Shown: positions 1 through 13,927, counted from the first letter of the stretch. The stretch is DNA of 64,000 nucleotides from Octopus sinensis (GCF_006345805.1 NC_043005.1:106578001-106642000); one strand, 5' to 3'. Translations and numbers: made by a program. The notes: a model not told the origin generated them from the letters alone.

Positions 1-99
1 GAGACTCAAACTGAGGACAGCTCCAATTTTTCGTACCTGACCGTCAATACTGGACATTGTCGGCGGTGCATTTTACGTCAGTCACAGAAGTAATTGCAA

Positions 100-780
100 C
101 CTGAATCCATTTTACAAACATGCACGCTGTCCCTTAGTTACCGGCGATAGTTCACTACATAATACTTCCGATTAACAGGGCTGATATTCAAGGACTCAGG
201 CATGTTTGTTGCGGTGCCTTGATTGTCTTTGTTTATGCGAAAGACGCTGACGGAAAGCTAATTAACCAAAAATTAATAGACTTGTGAACCTGAATTCATC
301 GAAATGAATGACATGACCTACACATAGCTTATGGTATGTGATGAGTGGCGTTTCCAAACTGAGAGAGCACGACTTCTCCCTCAACTCTTCAGCGGTTGTA
401 TAATAATTGCCATAGACATTTCTTATGAATCCTTTCGAATATTTTGAAGTTTTATCGATGTAGGGTCCATGTTTTAGATGAATATAACATGGTTGTGATA
501 ACGCAAACATTATAGATGGAATTGTGTTAGAAGGTTTCAAATCGCTGTCTCACCAGACGAATTTCACCAGTGTCTCAGACATAACTAAAGTCTTAGCAAC
601 CCCATTTTGATTCCAGAATCTATGGGACCATATCTGAAAACGGAAGTGCTGAGATACCCATATCATATAATACACCAAATTAGCCCCAGAACAAGGACAT
701 TTGGTTCCATAACCGGTTCTCTAGAAAAGATGTAAACATCGCTGTTTTTCTTTTCATAAACTAAAGGTCCAAATCCAGAA
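100..780 (-). mobile_element. Decayed 3' part of an RTE-clade LINE ORF2
   Basis: Minus-strand translation across frameshifts gives 'IYNVCVITTMLYSSKTWTLHR..ERIHKKCLWQLL' and 'LCVGHVIHFDEFRFTSLLIFG*LA', matching the RTE C-terminal pattern 'CVLTTLLYG.ETWT..RFH.RCLR.IL / LRWAGHV.RM...R.PK.L.YGEL'. Confidence 0.65.
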
Positions 781-819
781 GAAGACACTAGAGATTTTCA
801 TAACATTTTGAACATCTTG

Positions 820-854
<35 letters not shown>

Positions 855-1025
855 ACACACATACACGTTTGTATGTATATGTGCATGTACTAAAACTATA
901 TATATGCATGTGTGCGTGTATCCAAAAGGGATTTTCAACACAATATTTATATACTATTCTTCAGAGCTGTACACGATGTTTCTTGAAAGTTACAAAATTG
1001 TTTTGACATCAACAGTATACATATA

Positions 1026-1087
<62 letters not shown>

Positions 1088-1599
1088 TCATACACACACA
1101 CACATACACCACACCACACCATACCAAACATACATACATATTTTTACAAGGAAAAGGTTAAGAGTGGCTTCGAATTTTCGGATTGCTCACTGTTATCAGA
1201 ATCTGAGCAAGACAAAAAATTAGAAACCATCGTTGCTCTTCCCCTTGTGATGGTTAATAAAGACGTACTCTACTAAAACTATTTAGTAATCCTTCAATCT
1301 AATAATGTATCGTGTTTTATATATAAATCAAAATGAAAAGATATATGTATAGAAGTATATGCATATATACACGCAAATGTCGAACGATGAGAATGAGTGC
1401 TCAACACCGCATTGGTGGACAGAATTTCTTTATTTGTGTATTAACGCTACCATTGTTTTCATATTAAAAAAAATATATTTATATCTTAATAATCATTGAA
1501 ACCCATCGCATGAAGGAATGATGTTCGTCTCCATTTTGGATAAAAGCACAAAGTCTCGTGAATTCACCGATATTCTCGTAGAGAAAACAATAAATCAAG

Positions 1600-2810
1600 C
1601 GGCGCTTTTCTTGGATGATATATTTTGAGTGTATTCTAGGTATATGTGATTTTTTGTTTGTGTGCTATGGTAGTTCGTCATGGGGTCACATGTATTCTGT
1701 GTATGGAGTTTTTGTGCTGTATATATTCAATTTTCACGCTCAGGAAAAAACGCTATCCTGGCAGCGTAGGTAGTGGTTCCTTTTTGGAGTGTCTAAATGT
1801 GAGATATTGCTTGTGTATGCGGGGAGAAAAGATTTTATCCCGAATATTTAGGATGCTATCCGTTGACTGTATGATATTTAGTTTTTCAGTGATGCAGAGT
1901 TCACATTTGGTTCTCCGTCCTCTGTATTTTCTGGCTTTGGCAATGATGCTCCATTTTATCGGGAGACTACTTATTTCTCCTTCTTTCAATGTCCATATCA
2001 TATTGGTTAGGGATGTTGCATGTCTTTTATTTTTGTCTCTGAATGGCGCCACATGTGGTGTGTACAGTTACATTATTTTTCGTGGGTATTTCTGGTCTGT
2101 TTATTTTTATTGTAGTTGAGTGTTATTGACCCTATATTGGGGAGGCAACTATAACTAACATTAACAGTGTTTCTGTTGAAGATCTTGTGGTATTTGTGTG
2201 AACGTGGGAAGAGTATCTTAATTTTATGAATTTTCTGGCAATGTTAGTGGCTACATTCATGCTATAAGGTGCGTTGAACCATAAGACTTTGCTCCGTTTG
2301 TATCTTCCTCGTCTTTTTGTATTTGGTTGAATGTAGTTTATGCTATTCTTGAAGTTGGACCATTCTAATGCAGCATTATTGTATGGAGTGGTCTTTATCA
2401 GCGGATTGATTGGAGACATGCCTGCTAATATTGTTCACTAGTTTAATGAATGCTGGTAGTTTGGTTGGAGCGTATGTCCTTGTACGAGGCTTCCTTATTT
2501 GATTTGTTGCAGGGTTTATATTTGCTTGATCTAAGGTTCATATCAATATCTGGGAAGTTGACTTGTTTAAGGTTAATACTAATTGTGGTTCTTAGAACTA
2601 GCTGGCTAGATACTTTGCATATTTTATCCTTATCCTATCTATATCGTGTCCGTTTTTATTTTGTAGCACTTCGAGGCCGTCATCTCTATATAAGCTTATG
2701 TTGGCTTCTTTATTTCTTTTCTAATGATATCTAGGATATCGAGACCTAAAATGTCAGCTATCTCTGCGCCATCACAGCTCCCCATTGCCACATCTAATAG
2801 CCCGCCCCCA
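1600..2810 (-). mobile_element. 5'-truncated, decayed Penelope-like element (RT C-half plus GIY-YIG C-terminus)
   Basis: Minus strand reads 'LDVAMGSCDGAEIADILG', 'YRDDG' (about 2675-2690), 'INLKQVNFPDIDMNL..KYKP', '[18 protein letters not shown]', 'VSYSCLPNI', 'CNC' and 'KWSIIAKARKY..KCELCITEKLNI'; multiple stops and frameshifts. Confidence 0.85.
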
Positions 2811-3829
2811 TTCTTTTTTTACGCAATAAGAATTATCAGGACAAACTAATGACTTTCTTGCGTTCATAATTATAACTATATCACTGTTTGTTATTGTAAC
2901 ATATGCCTTATTAAATTCAAATACCTTTTGAAGCAAGCTTTTGGAGACTCTACGATGTCAAACTGAATAAATTTATATTTGGATTTATCTTCTGTTTTCT
3001 TAAACCATTCAATAATTGAACTGCTACTTATTCATTGAGTAAAGTTTGAATATGTTCTGATATGTCGTATGATATTATCTAATATGGATTTACTAATAAT
3101 TCCTATTTCACTTTTTGTAGATTTATTTATCTGCTGCTAGTTTTGCGTGAAGTTATCTTTATGGTCTTTCAGGGTTACAAAAAAAAAAAAAAAAAAGATT
3201 TCCTGGGTTAAACTTTTCTAATCTAGCTTCTATTTTAAACCTTGTGGCTCATTTCTTGCTTCTCTCTTAATTGAATCATAAGTCGTGGGGTTGAATTATA
3301 TGTGGTGAGTTGCTTCAGTACACTGGTAGAACGAATTTTTTACCTTTTACAAAAGATATCAAGTTTCCAGCTTCACGTGAACTTTTCCCACTCTTTTTTC
3401 CTCTTATATTATACAAGGAAGTTTCATGGAGTCTTCCAATAAATTAAATTATCATGACAAGTTTAAATCTGGCATATCATTTTAAGGTAATTCAACAGAG
3501 GAGTTCAAATTCTTTAATGTACCGTTTCCCTTCTTCTGTATCTATTTAACTCCTTATCGATTTTAGTTCCTATCTTTCTCTATTTTGCCCACAAACTTCT
3601 TCCTCGGCATTTTACTAGTATCTTTCTGCCGGTCTGTCGTTCATTCTCCCTTTGTTTCTGCTTCTCTACACATTATATATTCTCTTTTTTTATTTTGTAC
3701 TTTGTCACACTTCTTTTCTCTGTCACACTAAGAACAAAAACCAAAATAGCTGTGGTAACTCTCTTTGTTTTTGAAACGGCTGTTATGTTAACTTTTACAT
3801 AGAAGAGATATTACAGACGCACACACACA

Positions 3830-4078
3830 CGCACCTCTGTGTGAGTATACATACATGTATGCGTCTGCATATATATCGCTATGGGCTCCGTGTGGGCAGT
3901 CATCTAAAAGTTTTTGTTCATCTTGATGCTGACATAAGTTCCTTGTTTTTCCTGATGAGAAGGCGTCATAATGCACCCTTTATCCCTTCGAAATTAGGAA
4001 TATGCAGCCTTCGAAACATATGTCGAGAATAAAGGAATTTTGTTAAATCGTCGTTCAACTCCATTCTTTCATTTATTT
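3830..4078 (+). mobile_element. Short non-coding PLE-terminus-like element (family D) ending in (AT)n and carrying a hammerhead motif
   Basis: The 3' part (GAAACATATGTCGA..AAAGGAATTTTGTTAAA..CTCCATTCTTT.CATTTATT) is homologous to both arms at 41931-42097 and ends directly at an (AT)n tract. The 5' boundary is uncertain. Confidence 0.6.
3935..4040 (+). ncRNA. Type I hammerhead ribozyme motif, canonical core
   Basis: CTGATGA 3952-3958; stem II GAAGGC (3959-64) pairs with GCCTTC (4007-12); GAAA 4013-16; palindromic stem III ACATATGT; GTC triplet 4022-24; stem I pairs about 3935-3951 with 4025-4040 with a 2x2 internal loop. Confidence 0.8.
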
Positions 4079-5852
4079 ATATATATATATATTTGTGTGT
4101 GTATGTATGCATAGATGTACATGTATAAAGGTGATGCGTTGATAGGGTATCTTCTTTCCTGTGTGAAGGAAGTACTACGTCAACTGAAGGGAATTTCAAT
4201 TTATTAAGCTATTTCATAGTTCTTCTGCATTTATGTCTGCAAAGAGACTGTTTCGGAATAATTGTGCTTCCTCAGTTAAGAGAAACAGATAATCAATTCA
4301 TTGCCATATTCATTAAGGGTGTCTTATGCTATGTCAAGTTAATTTCTTAATCCTATATCAGGTGGCAATGGACAGAATACGAGGCAAAGAGTAATACATA
4401 AGACAAAAAGAGCGAGTAAGAAACAATACTTGATCAGTCAGTTCATGCTTATCTCCCCTCCAAAAGCAGAACAATTCGTGTAAGTTTAAATTCGGTTCGT
4501 GTGGGAATTATTCAGTGCTGAACAGTTTTCCCCAGCCATTTTTCAATGTTTGCTTTCTGAAATTTATTTGGAAGCGTGCACTCATACGGTACACATATGA
4601 ACACATGATCAAAGCACACCAATAAGCACACACATACACAAACACACATACATATACATAAGTTTATATGCAAAGAGCGCGCACATACACACATGCATGC
4701 AGACGTGCATACACGCACATAAATCGCAGATTCATGGCAAAGATTTGCTTTTGTGTTACATAAGACAAGACCATCGTCTCGAATTAAAATTTTTCTCCTT
4801 ATGTCCGCTGTTGTATTTATTATAATTATTAAAACCAGTGAGTTGATAGCGTATCTTTATCTCCGTGTGAAGTAAAGAGGCAAGTAAAGAAAAACAAAAG
4901 AATTATCCAAGTAAAACAAATAACTACATCTAGATAAATTTATTTTTATTTAATACTTCACATTTTTTTTTATATCTGCATTTATAAAAAAAACAGTTTC
5001 TGTATACGTGTACTTGATCAGTATAAACTTATCGATAGGGTGTCCCATTTGGTACTTTCACTACATTAAATTCATTATTAGTGAGTTAACTGCTATTTTT
5101 TTGCCCCTGAGTAAATTTTGTGTGTGTGTGGTGTGTGTGTGTGTGTAGATGAAATTATTAGATGCGTCTTTGTTGTTGCTCTTTTATTTTTTATTTTTGG
5201 TGCTGCTCCAGTTTTAGTACCTCACACTACTGGCATATTTTTTTTCTGAAAATGCAATGAGGCAATTTATTAGCAGTTTACGCAGTAATGCATAACAACG
5301 CTGGATGGTTTTATGGTTCTGTTGCATAATGTAGTTTGATATAAGTCTCAAATAGTGTATATATGACTAAACCAATGGTGTAATCTATTAAAATTAGTGT
5401 TGTTTAATGCAAATTACTGAAATGTTTAAAGATATGCGTAGCGATATATATACATACGTACGTACGTGTGTGTGTGTGTGTGTGTGTGTTTGTGTTTGTG
5501 TGTGTTTGTGTGTGTTTGTGTCTGTGGGGGTGTGTAATGAAGGAACATAGGGATAGAATAAATCTAGGCGAATAGCTCGTTAGAAGTCCATGTGATAAAC
5601 CTAACTAATAGAGTATCCAGTAAAGTCTATTGTAATCCATATAGGCTAAATACATAAATACTTCAGGAGACACGCATAAACTAAAACTTCGAGGTTATTC
5701 ACCAATCGATAAGTTGGTGCGTTGATACCATTCTATGAGAGTGATCAGAGAAAGAATGAAGAATTATATTCTTACTTAGCCTTTATTAACTTACGAACGT
5801 TTCAAATGGTTTGAGGAACCGTTTCAACATCATATACTAGTTGGCATGCATA

Positions 5853-5866
<14 letters not shown>

Positions 5867-5896
<30 letters not shown>

Positions 5897-6080
5897 CTCA
5901 ATCAATCACTCAATCAATCGCTCAAACAGTCAATCAGTCATCAACCAATCACTCAAACAGTCAATCAATCAACCATCAATCGACCAATCAGTCAATCATC
6001 AATCAATCAATTAACCAATTACTCACTCACTCAATCAATCATTCACTCACTCACTCAATTAATCATCAATCAATCAATTA
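5867..6080 (+). repeat. Degenerate (CAAT)n tetranucleotide repeat
   Basis: Direct reading of the sequence. Confidence 0.9.
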
Positions 6081-6109
6081 ACAATATGGTTTGATCCTAA
6101 TCATTTATT

Positions 6110-6370
6110 TCAGAGCTTAGAAGCTATTATGATAGATTTGCAGAATCTGCTACAAGCAAAACATGGAAGTGGGATTGTAGAGAGGAGGACATTTCAAATG
6201 AACTTCCCTGATTTACAATTCACGTTCATGAGAGGTCAAGATGCCATCAAGTGCTGAAGTATCTTAGTTTATGAGAACATAGCATAGGGAATATACTGCC
6301 TAACAGCTTGATTTGCTGGCCAGTCTCTGGTAGAGATGCATTACAGTAAGTAGAAGAGGGAGCGGAAGGA
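6110..6370 (-). mobile_element. Highly decayed 3' fragment of an L2/Crack-like LINE ORF2
   Basis: Minus strand gives 'LPLFY.YCNA' followed by remnants resembling 'SF.PRT..WN.LP..VF'; same type as 46330-47160. Confidence 0.35.
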
Positions 6371-7105
6371 TATCAACTGGTTGCATAAAAATAGTAGGTA
6401 GAATTTTTAAGGTCAATTACCCGCCCATTGATTACTTTCGAGAAATATCAAGTTTACTACTGCAAAAAGGTATGTAAATGAAGCTTAAACTCAATTACTT
6501 TGGGCGCAATAGATAAGGATTAGTTTTAAAAGATTAAAGATTGGTTGCGAGGAAGAATCTCTTATAATACGACATGAATATCAATGTTATTTATACCAAA
6601 GCAAATTTATTATATGGCATATTTGTATGGAAATTTTAAGAATGTTTTGTTAAAAATTGAGAACAACGAATTGATAACTCGTTACATTGGTTAATTAGGT
6701 TCGATTTCCAATTTAAACACCTCAACTAAACACCATCTATAAAGAAGAGCAATACCTAAAATAGACTATGAAATACAGTGCTCAGTCTCTCCCTTACAGT
6801 TCTCAGATGAACAGGGTCAACGATGTGCTGTTTTCTTTCGTATTTAAAAGAATGAATGCGTTTGAGTAAACTGGCCTTGAATTTCATTGCGGAAGTGCTT
6901 ATGTGGTAATAGACGGTCCTAGGTATTCTGCTCGAGCATTTATATGTTACTTTATACCTTATATATTGGTTATCTACAGGGCATTCGTCACGGTTCCTAC
7001 AGTTGCACTTGTTCTACTACACCGGTCCTTCGAATCTTGTGCGTATATATTGATACATATATACACACACACGCACGCACGCACACATATATATATATAT
7101 ATATC

Positions 7106-7513
7106 GCAGGAGTGGCTGTGTGGTAAGTAGCTTGCTAACCAACAACATGGTTCCGGGTTCAGTCCCACTGCGTGGCATCTTGGGCAAGTGTCTTCGGCTA
7201 TAGCCCCGGACCGACCAATGCCTTGTGAGTGGATCTGGTAGACGGAAACTGAAAGAAGCCTGTCGTATATATGTATATATATATATATATGCGTGTGTGT
7301 GTGTTTGTGTTTGTCCCCCTAGCATTGCTTGACAACCGATGCTGGTGTGTTTACGTCCCCATCACTTAGCGGTTCGGCAAAAGAGACCGATAGAATAAGT
7401 ACTGGGCTTACAAAAAATAAGTCCCGGGGTCGATTTGCTCGACTAAAGGCGGTGCTCCAGCATGGCTACAGTAAAATGACTGAAACAAGTAAAAGAGTAA
7501 AGAGTAAAAGAGT
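7106..7513 (+). mobile_element. tRNA-derived SINE with CORE-like motif (octopus OR-type), full length
   Basis: Head GGAGTGGCTGTGTGGTAAG..GGTTCAGTCCC; CORE-like CATCTTGGGCAAGTGTCTT; internal TA/GT microsatellite; tail ATGACTGAAACAAGT(AAAAGAGT)n. Near-identical to 54198-54590. Confidence 0.9.
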
Positions 7514-8413
7514 AATAAATGTATATATTTGTGTATACACGTGTAAATACACACACACACACAAACACACATACCCATATATGTGTATATAAAGATGTGT
7601 ATACGTGTTTGTGTGTGTGTGTGTTACTTTTGCTTGTTCATTTCCGTAGAACGGAAAAGTGCTTAACACCCTGTATAAGATATGTTTGATATCTTTTAAT
7701 TGAGATTTACTGATGCGTGGTGTTGTCTGCACAATTTCATTAGCACGAACGCACATTTAAATATAATGCAATAATCATGTTTGCTGACATAAAAACCCAC
7801 ACACAAATACACAGACGAACATGCTCTGCAAACGTATACACACACACAGACGCAAACGCACACACACACACACACACGCATAATACATGCGCGCACACAT
7901 ATACACACGCACACTCACACACATTTAAATTAACACAATGTAAAGAATTCTCATCCCTGATACTTTAGTTTTCTTGCGACATGCATCAAATGACATCATC
8001 CATTTTTGTCGACTTTTTGAAACTAATACTTTGAAAAATAAAGCGTTTATCTACCCCACTCTATTTTGTACTTTCTAGGTGGTAGAAATGAGTTATTGTC
8101 CCTTAACATCTCATAAATATTTGAATATGTTGTAACAAGTAAATTTAACAAAATTAATAAATTATAATATATAAAAATATTCATCGTTTATAGTGTTAAT
8201 GCGTTAACACTGCACATAAAAGATGGACGTAAATTAGAAACGTCACGAAGAGATAACCGCTGATTCAGCCATTTTAGATTAAACTTATCAGTAGCAGAGA
8301 TTCTTTAACCAAACTTTCTTTTTTAGATTTAGTGATGAGGGAATTACAACAAAATTTTGTGTATGCACACACACATACACGTATGTATATAATTATGCAT
8401 ATATGTATGTATG

Positions 8414-8492
<79 letters not shown>

Positions 8493-8495
<3 letters not shown>

Positions 8496-8678
8496 AAAGT
8501 TTGCGAAAAAAGCAAAAGACGAAGACAGGTGGTGTACAAAACAAACAGATGTATTAGTATAATGTTCAGGAATAGAAAAAGTCTTTTACGTTTCAAGCCT
8601 ACGCTCTTCTACAGAAAAGTACATAGAAAAAACAAGGAGAGAAACAAGGAGAGAAAAAAATGTGTGTAGTGGCTAAAG
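8493..8678 (-). mobile_element. Family A short PLE-terminus-like element, copy 1, flanked by (TA)n
   Basis: Homologous to 11799-12006, 21404-21829, 23293-23481 and 55883-56570; (TA)n on both sides. Confidence 0.85.
8582..8619 (-). ncRNA. Minimal hammerhead-like motif, A6U variant (family A copy 1)
   Basis: Minus strand CTTTT-CTGTAGA-A-GAGC-GTAG-GCTT-GAAA-CG-TA-AAAGA. Confidence 0.55.
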
Positions 8679-9908
8679 ATATATATATATATATATATTT
8701 GTCTCTCTCCATGCTCAAAGAAAAACATGCACACACACACAAGTTGTTAATAATAGCGGAGTTCGTAGCTAATGCTTTTCTGCTGCTATAAATATATCCA
8801 AGTTTCCCAATGTCATTTTTAAACAATTAATTAAATTTCATGTATGATTTGAGATTATTTCGAGAAAGAAAATAATATTTCTGTCACTGAAATTATTCAA
8901 TTAATAAATTGAATATAGAACAATTTATATCAAACTTAATATTAGTATAATATTGTATAATGCGTATGCAACATAGAACTGGCATATTTTCTAACATATA
9001 CACAAGGATAGAACTTAGGGAGAGACATCAGTCGTTTAAAATAACATCAGTTTTTGCCTGATGCTTTTATTTTAACGAATACAGAATCATGGAAGGCTAA
9101 ATTGATCACTGTGGGATCTGAACTCATCGATGTCAACTTTACCTTTTATCATTCCGGGGTTGATATTAGAAAATTGCAAATATCGACAAGAAATGTAAAT
9201 AAAAAAATACCAGGAGTTTTCCCCACCACCCAAGGATAGACGCCACAGTTTGATCCACATAAATATACACAGCAATATACATCCATATACATACGCACAT
9301 ACATGTATTATATTGAGTATATGGTGGTTCTTGTTTTATCAGATCAAAGTTTACTTTCTACTACCATAAGGATTCCTTGCAGTTCGGAAGGTTACCGCTC
9401 CAAAATCCACTGTCAAAGTTTCTTGGATTTCGGAGTTTCTTTTCAAGTGTTAAGTGACATTACGATGCAATGTAGTCTTTTCAGAAAATATCTCTATCAA
9501 TGAATGGGTATAGAATACCCATTCAAATTAAACAAACTAATGGGGGAAACAATACTTATAACGAAACTCATTAGTGAAATAAACAGACAGTTTTGTAACA
9601 AACCCACGCCAAGTATAAACGATAATAACACGTGAGTGAAGATGCAACAATCTAACGGTCGAAATTCAAATGCTTATATCAATTATACTGACTTGGCCTA
9701 TGTCACAGAAACAACAACACGTATCAATACAAATTCATTTTGAAGATATCACTCTTTGAAGGTCCATAAATGTCATCGATGAATTTAGTAACGTTAGAAT
9801 TCCATACAAGTATAACAGAACTTATAAATTAATATGGAAAAAGTACATAATAAAAACGCTTGATAAATGATAAAAAGTAGAACATTGTCGTATTATACAA
9901 CGTAATAT

Positions 9909-10469
<561 letters not shown>

Positions 10470-10539
10470 ATATATGCGTGTATATATACATGTAGAGGTA
10501 GGTACGTACATATATGTATATATGCATATGTTTTATTTA

Positions 10540-10609
<70 letters not shown>

Positions 10610-11742
10610 AATATTATATTGAACAGTGTCAAAACGAAATCTGAACGATCAAAACCTGCTAAGAATCTTATGTTCGTGTAGGTCACCAGGGAGTCGAATA
10701 ACAAACATTACCAACACCAAACTTGTAGAATCCCTCTAGTAAAGGAGAAAAATAAATCCAAATGTGACATGCTAAAAGTCCGTGAAATACGTCGAAAGGA
10801 AGAACATAACGTGAGGTGAATGGGTGGCAATATCATTGGACTGTACAAGGCAGATGATGCGAGAATAAGAGCTGGCATAGATTTCATCGTAAGTTAAGAA
10901 TTTGTCTTCATCACGCATTAGGAAATGCTACGGTAAAGATAACCAAGATCTATGCTCCTACGTGAAACAGTGAAGATAATGAAGTGACAGAGTTCTATCA
11001 AGATCTAGAGAAAGTGATAACTTACAAATCCATTTATACTGTCCTGATGGAGTATTTCAACGGAAAGTTCGAAAACGGGAAATAGCGAGAAGCATGCTAG
11101 AAAATTTGGATTGGGAGAGGAAAAGGAAAGATCAGAACGTTTAGTCACCATGTTTGCGACAAGCATTCTTTATATCACCATCTCCGTCCGTTCCAAAAAG
11201 ATCTGGTAAGAGACGAAGCTGGATAAATCCAAACGCTCAGCACCGAAAATGAGGTCGATTATATCTTGATTGACAAACAATGCATGTTGCAGTCTGTCTC
11301 ACTCAACACCGATAGCAACCATTGCTTGCTACAGGCAAAAACCGTCATCGACGCGATGAGAGAGGAAAAGGCACTGCGCATCTCAATGAAGAAGCAACAC
11401 ATCAAGGTTTTGGATGTGATTCAGTTTCAGGATTCTGTCAAGATGGAAATCTGGAGTCAGCTTGACAGTTTTAGTAATGTTTGATTCAGTGATCCAGAGA
11501 AAGAAAACTTTTCTTATGGAAAGCGAGAATTATTATCCCGTAGGGCCCGAACGAAAGGATCTTGGAAGAAACAAGGGAAATGCTTGAGAAACGAAAGGTT
11601 ATGAAGAAGAAGAACATGGAAGAATTTTTTAAGTATTTCTCTGCAATACGATGAGTTACTTTGAAAACTATAGATCGAAAAAGCTACTGCAGGCTGCAGA
11701 AGAAAGTAAAGTTTAAAGAAATTCAGGGGGCACTAAGATATA

Positions 11743-11798
<56 letters not shown>

Positions 11799-11799
<1 letters not shown>

Positions 11800-12006
11800 C
11801 GGAAAGGTTTACGAAAATAAGCAAAAGACGAAGGCAGGTGGAGTACAAACAAACAAATGTATTAGTATGGCGCTCAGGAATAGAAATAGAACAACTCTTT
11901 TACATTTCGAGCCTACGCTCTTCGACAGAAAGATACACAGAAAAAAAACAAGGAGAGAAACAAAGAGAGAAAAAAATGCGTGTAGGAGCTAACAGTCCAT
12001 CATGGC
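11799..12006 (-). mobile_element. Family A short element, copy 2, in a (TA)n tract within the RTE
   Basis: Homology to the other family A copies; (TA)n on both sides. Confidence 0.85.
11896..11933 (-). ncRNA. Minimal hammerhead-like motif, A6U variant (family A copy 2)
   Basis: Minus strand TCTTT-CTGTCGA-A-GAGC-GTAG-GCTC-GAAA-TG-TA-AAAGA. Confidence 0.55.
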
Positions 12007-12012
12007 ATATAT

Positions 12013-12068
<56 letters not shown>

Positions 12069-12927
12069 CTGGTCACAATGCGCTTCGCATTGTTTTAGAC
12101 TTCAAATGACGCCACCCCTCTGGCTAAGCGAGCAGGCCAATATATATAAATATATATATCACACGCATATATATCGGGGATTACGTCTCTCAAGAACAAG
12201 ATGAACTCACGGCAAGGGACAAAAGACAGGTAAAGGAGGTCTGTGAAACCGTTTAAAACCAATATTTTGAAACCATTCGTGACGCTCAATCTTGTACTGC
12301 CGCAAGTGTTGAAGGAAGTAAGACCCATTCTGGTCAATAAGAGAAAGCTTTATAGCTGGCTAAAAACAAAAAATGATAAAGTCCCAGAAAAAGTTGTAAC
12401 AATGGTAATGTTAGAGAGCAATAGCAGAAAAATTCCTCGTCTGCATTGGAATGGACATGTGTAAAAAAGAAAGCTATTCCCGCTGTAGAAAGAGTAGAAT
12501 ACTATGTTGTTTTAGAAGAAATTTGTTTCAGATATATGAGTAACAATCTTCTCATTTGCCTCTAGTATCAGCTCTACAAACTGTTTAGAAAGGTATCAGA
12601 CTATCGAAATATCTCGACAGCAGACTGCCGAGGGACTAACAGTCTTATCGAAAGAAAAAAAATTGGAAAATACACTACGACACACCATATTCATTCTCAA
12701 ACATCTTTTAGAATGAGAGATAATGCATAAGCTGCTTCTTTGTGTCACCTTCATCGATTATGAAGTGGTTTGGGATAAGGTTGAGTTAAACGCAATACTG
12801 CAATCTTTGAAGATGCAAGGAGTCGAGATCAGCAATGTGCAGCTTCTCTGGCAAAATATCTCAGTATGCATCATTGCTCTAGCTCTACTGTTACTACCCT
12901 TAAAAGTTCCACTTGGGAAGGTCCTCA

Positions 12928-12980
<53 letters not shown>

Positions 12981-13859
12981 TCTCCAAAGTTTTTCACGAC
13001 TTAAAATGGTCATCGGTGACACTGATTGGCAAGGTGGCGTCAACATCAACGATGAGCTATTAACGCATCTTCGATTTGCATAAGAGTTCCCTGCAGAAAC
13101 GTTAGATCATCAGGAGACAATGCTGACACAGCTCGATACCCAGAATTCAGCAGAAGCTCCCATTTAAATCATATAAAACAAAGTAAATACGACCTGAAAA
13201 CCTAACACATGCCAAATGGTAGAAAACAAGGCAAATGAAGTGGCGAAGGAGTATGTGTGCTTGAGACAACATACACACACTCACACACACACACAGACAC
13301 ACACACTCACACATACTCACAGACACACACAGACACACACACACACACACATAAACACATATATCTCGAGACATGAACGTTGAAATTCACGTAGAGAAAG
13401 AACGGGGAAAAACGTTTGCCTCTCAAAGCACACCTGGTCAAGACCCTGCATACTAACGTCTCGAATAGCACCGTCCTACCTGCGCTCTTATACGCAAGTA
13501 GGACGTAGAGTACTTGAAAGAAGAAACAGCAGCGAATAGTTGGGAGTCAGAGGGTCTTGAAAAGATCCAAGGTAGAAATATGCGGGACCATTTTCGAAAC
13601 GAGATAATTCGAGAAAACATTATAGTGAAAAAACTGAAAGCACAAGATCACGAATAATGAGTGAGTCCGTGCAGATGTCCAGTTGTATCTAACAAATCGA
13701 AAAAGACCACTCAGGCACCTTGTAATGCAATAGGTATGCGGCATAATGGAACAAATTGGATGTAATTGGAAGATTCCACTCAAGGTAAGAATGGAAGCGC
13801 ATGTGGACCACCGATGTATAGAGACATTGAAAACTCCGTCGATATATGTATATGAATAT

Positions 13860-13927
<68 letters not shown>

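Larger units (their letters stand above)
10660..13840 (+). mobile_element. Decayed near-full-length RTE-clade LINE (APE plus RT), interrupted by microsatellites and a family A element
   Basis: APE remnants 'NEVDYILIDK..DSNHCLLQAK'; RT remnants 'CVTFIDYEVVWDKVELNAILQSLKMQGV' and 'GGVNINDELLTHLRFA*' (FADD destroyed); C-terminal 'STVLPALLYASRT'. Confidence 0.85.

Noticed and set aside
9501-9525. Perfect 11-bp inverted repeat TGAATGGGTAT-AGA-ATACCCATTCA
   Set aside because: Isolated and short; no associated element or second copy to give it meaning.
12066-12138. GC-rich 70-bp segment between TA runs (GGCCTGCTCGCTTAGCCAG.. on the minus strand)
   Set aside because: Probably a repeat fragment, but single-copy in this window with no diagnostic structure, so it is not classified.
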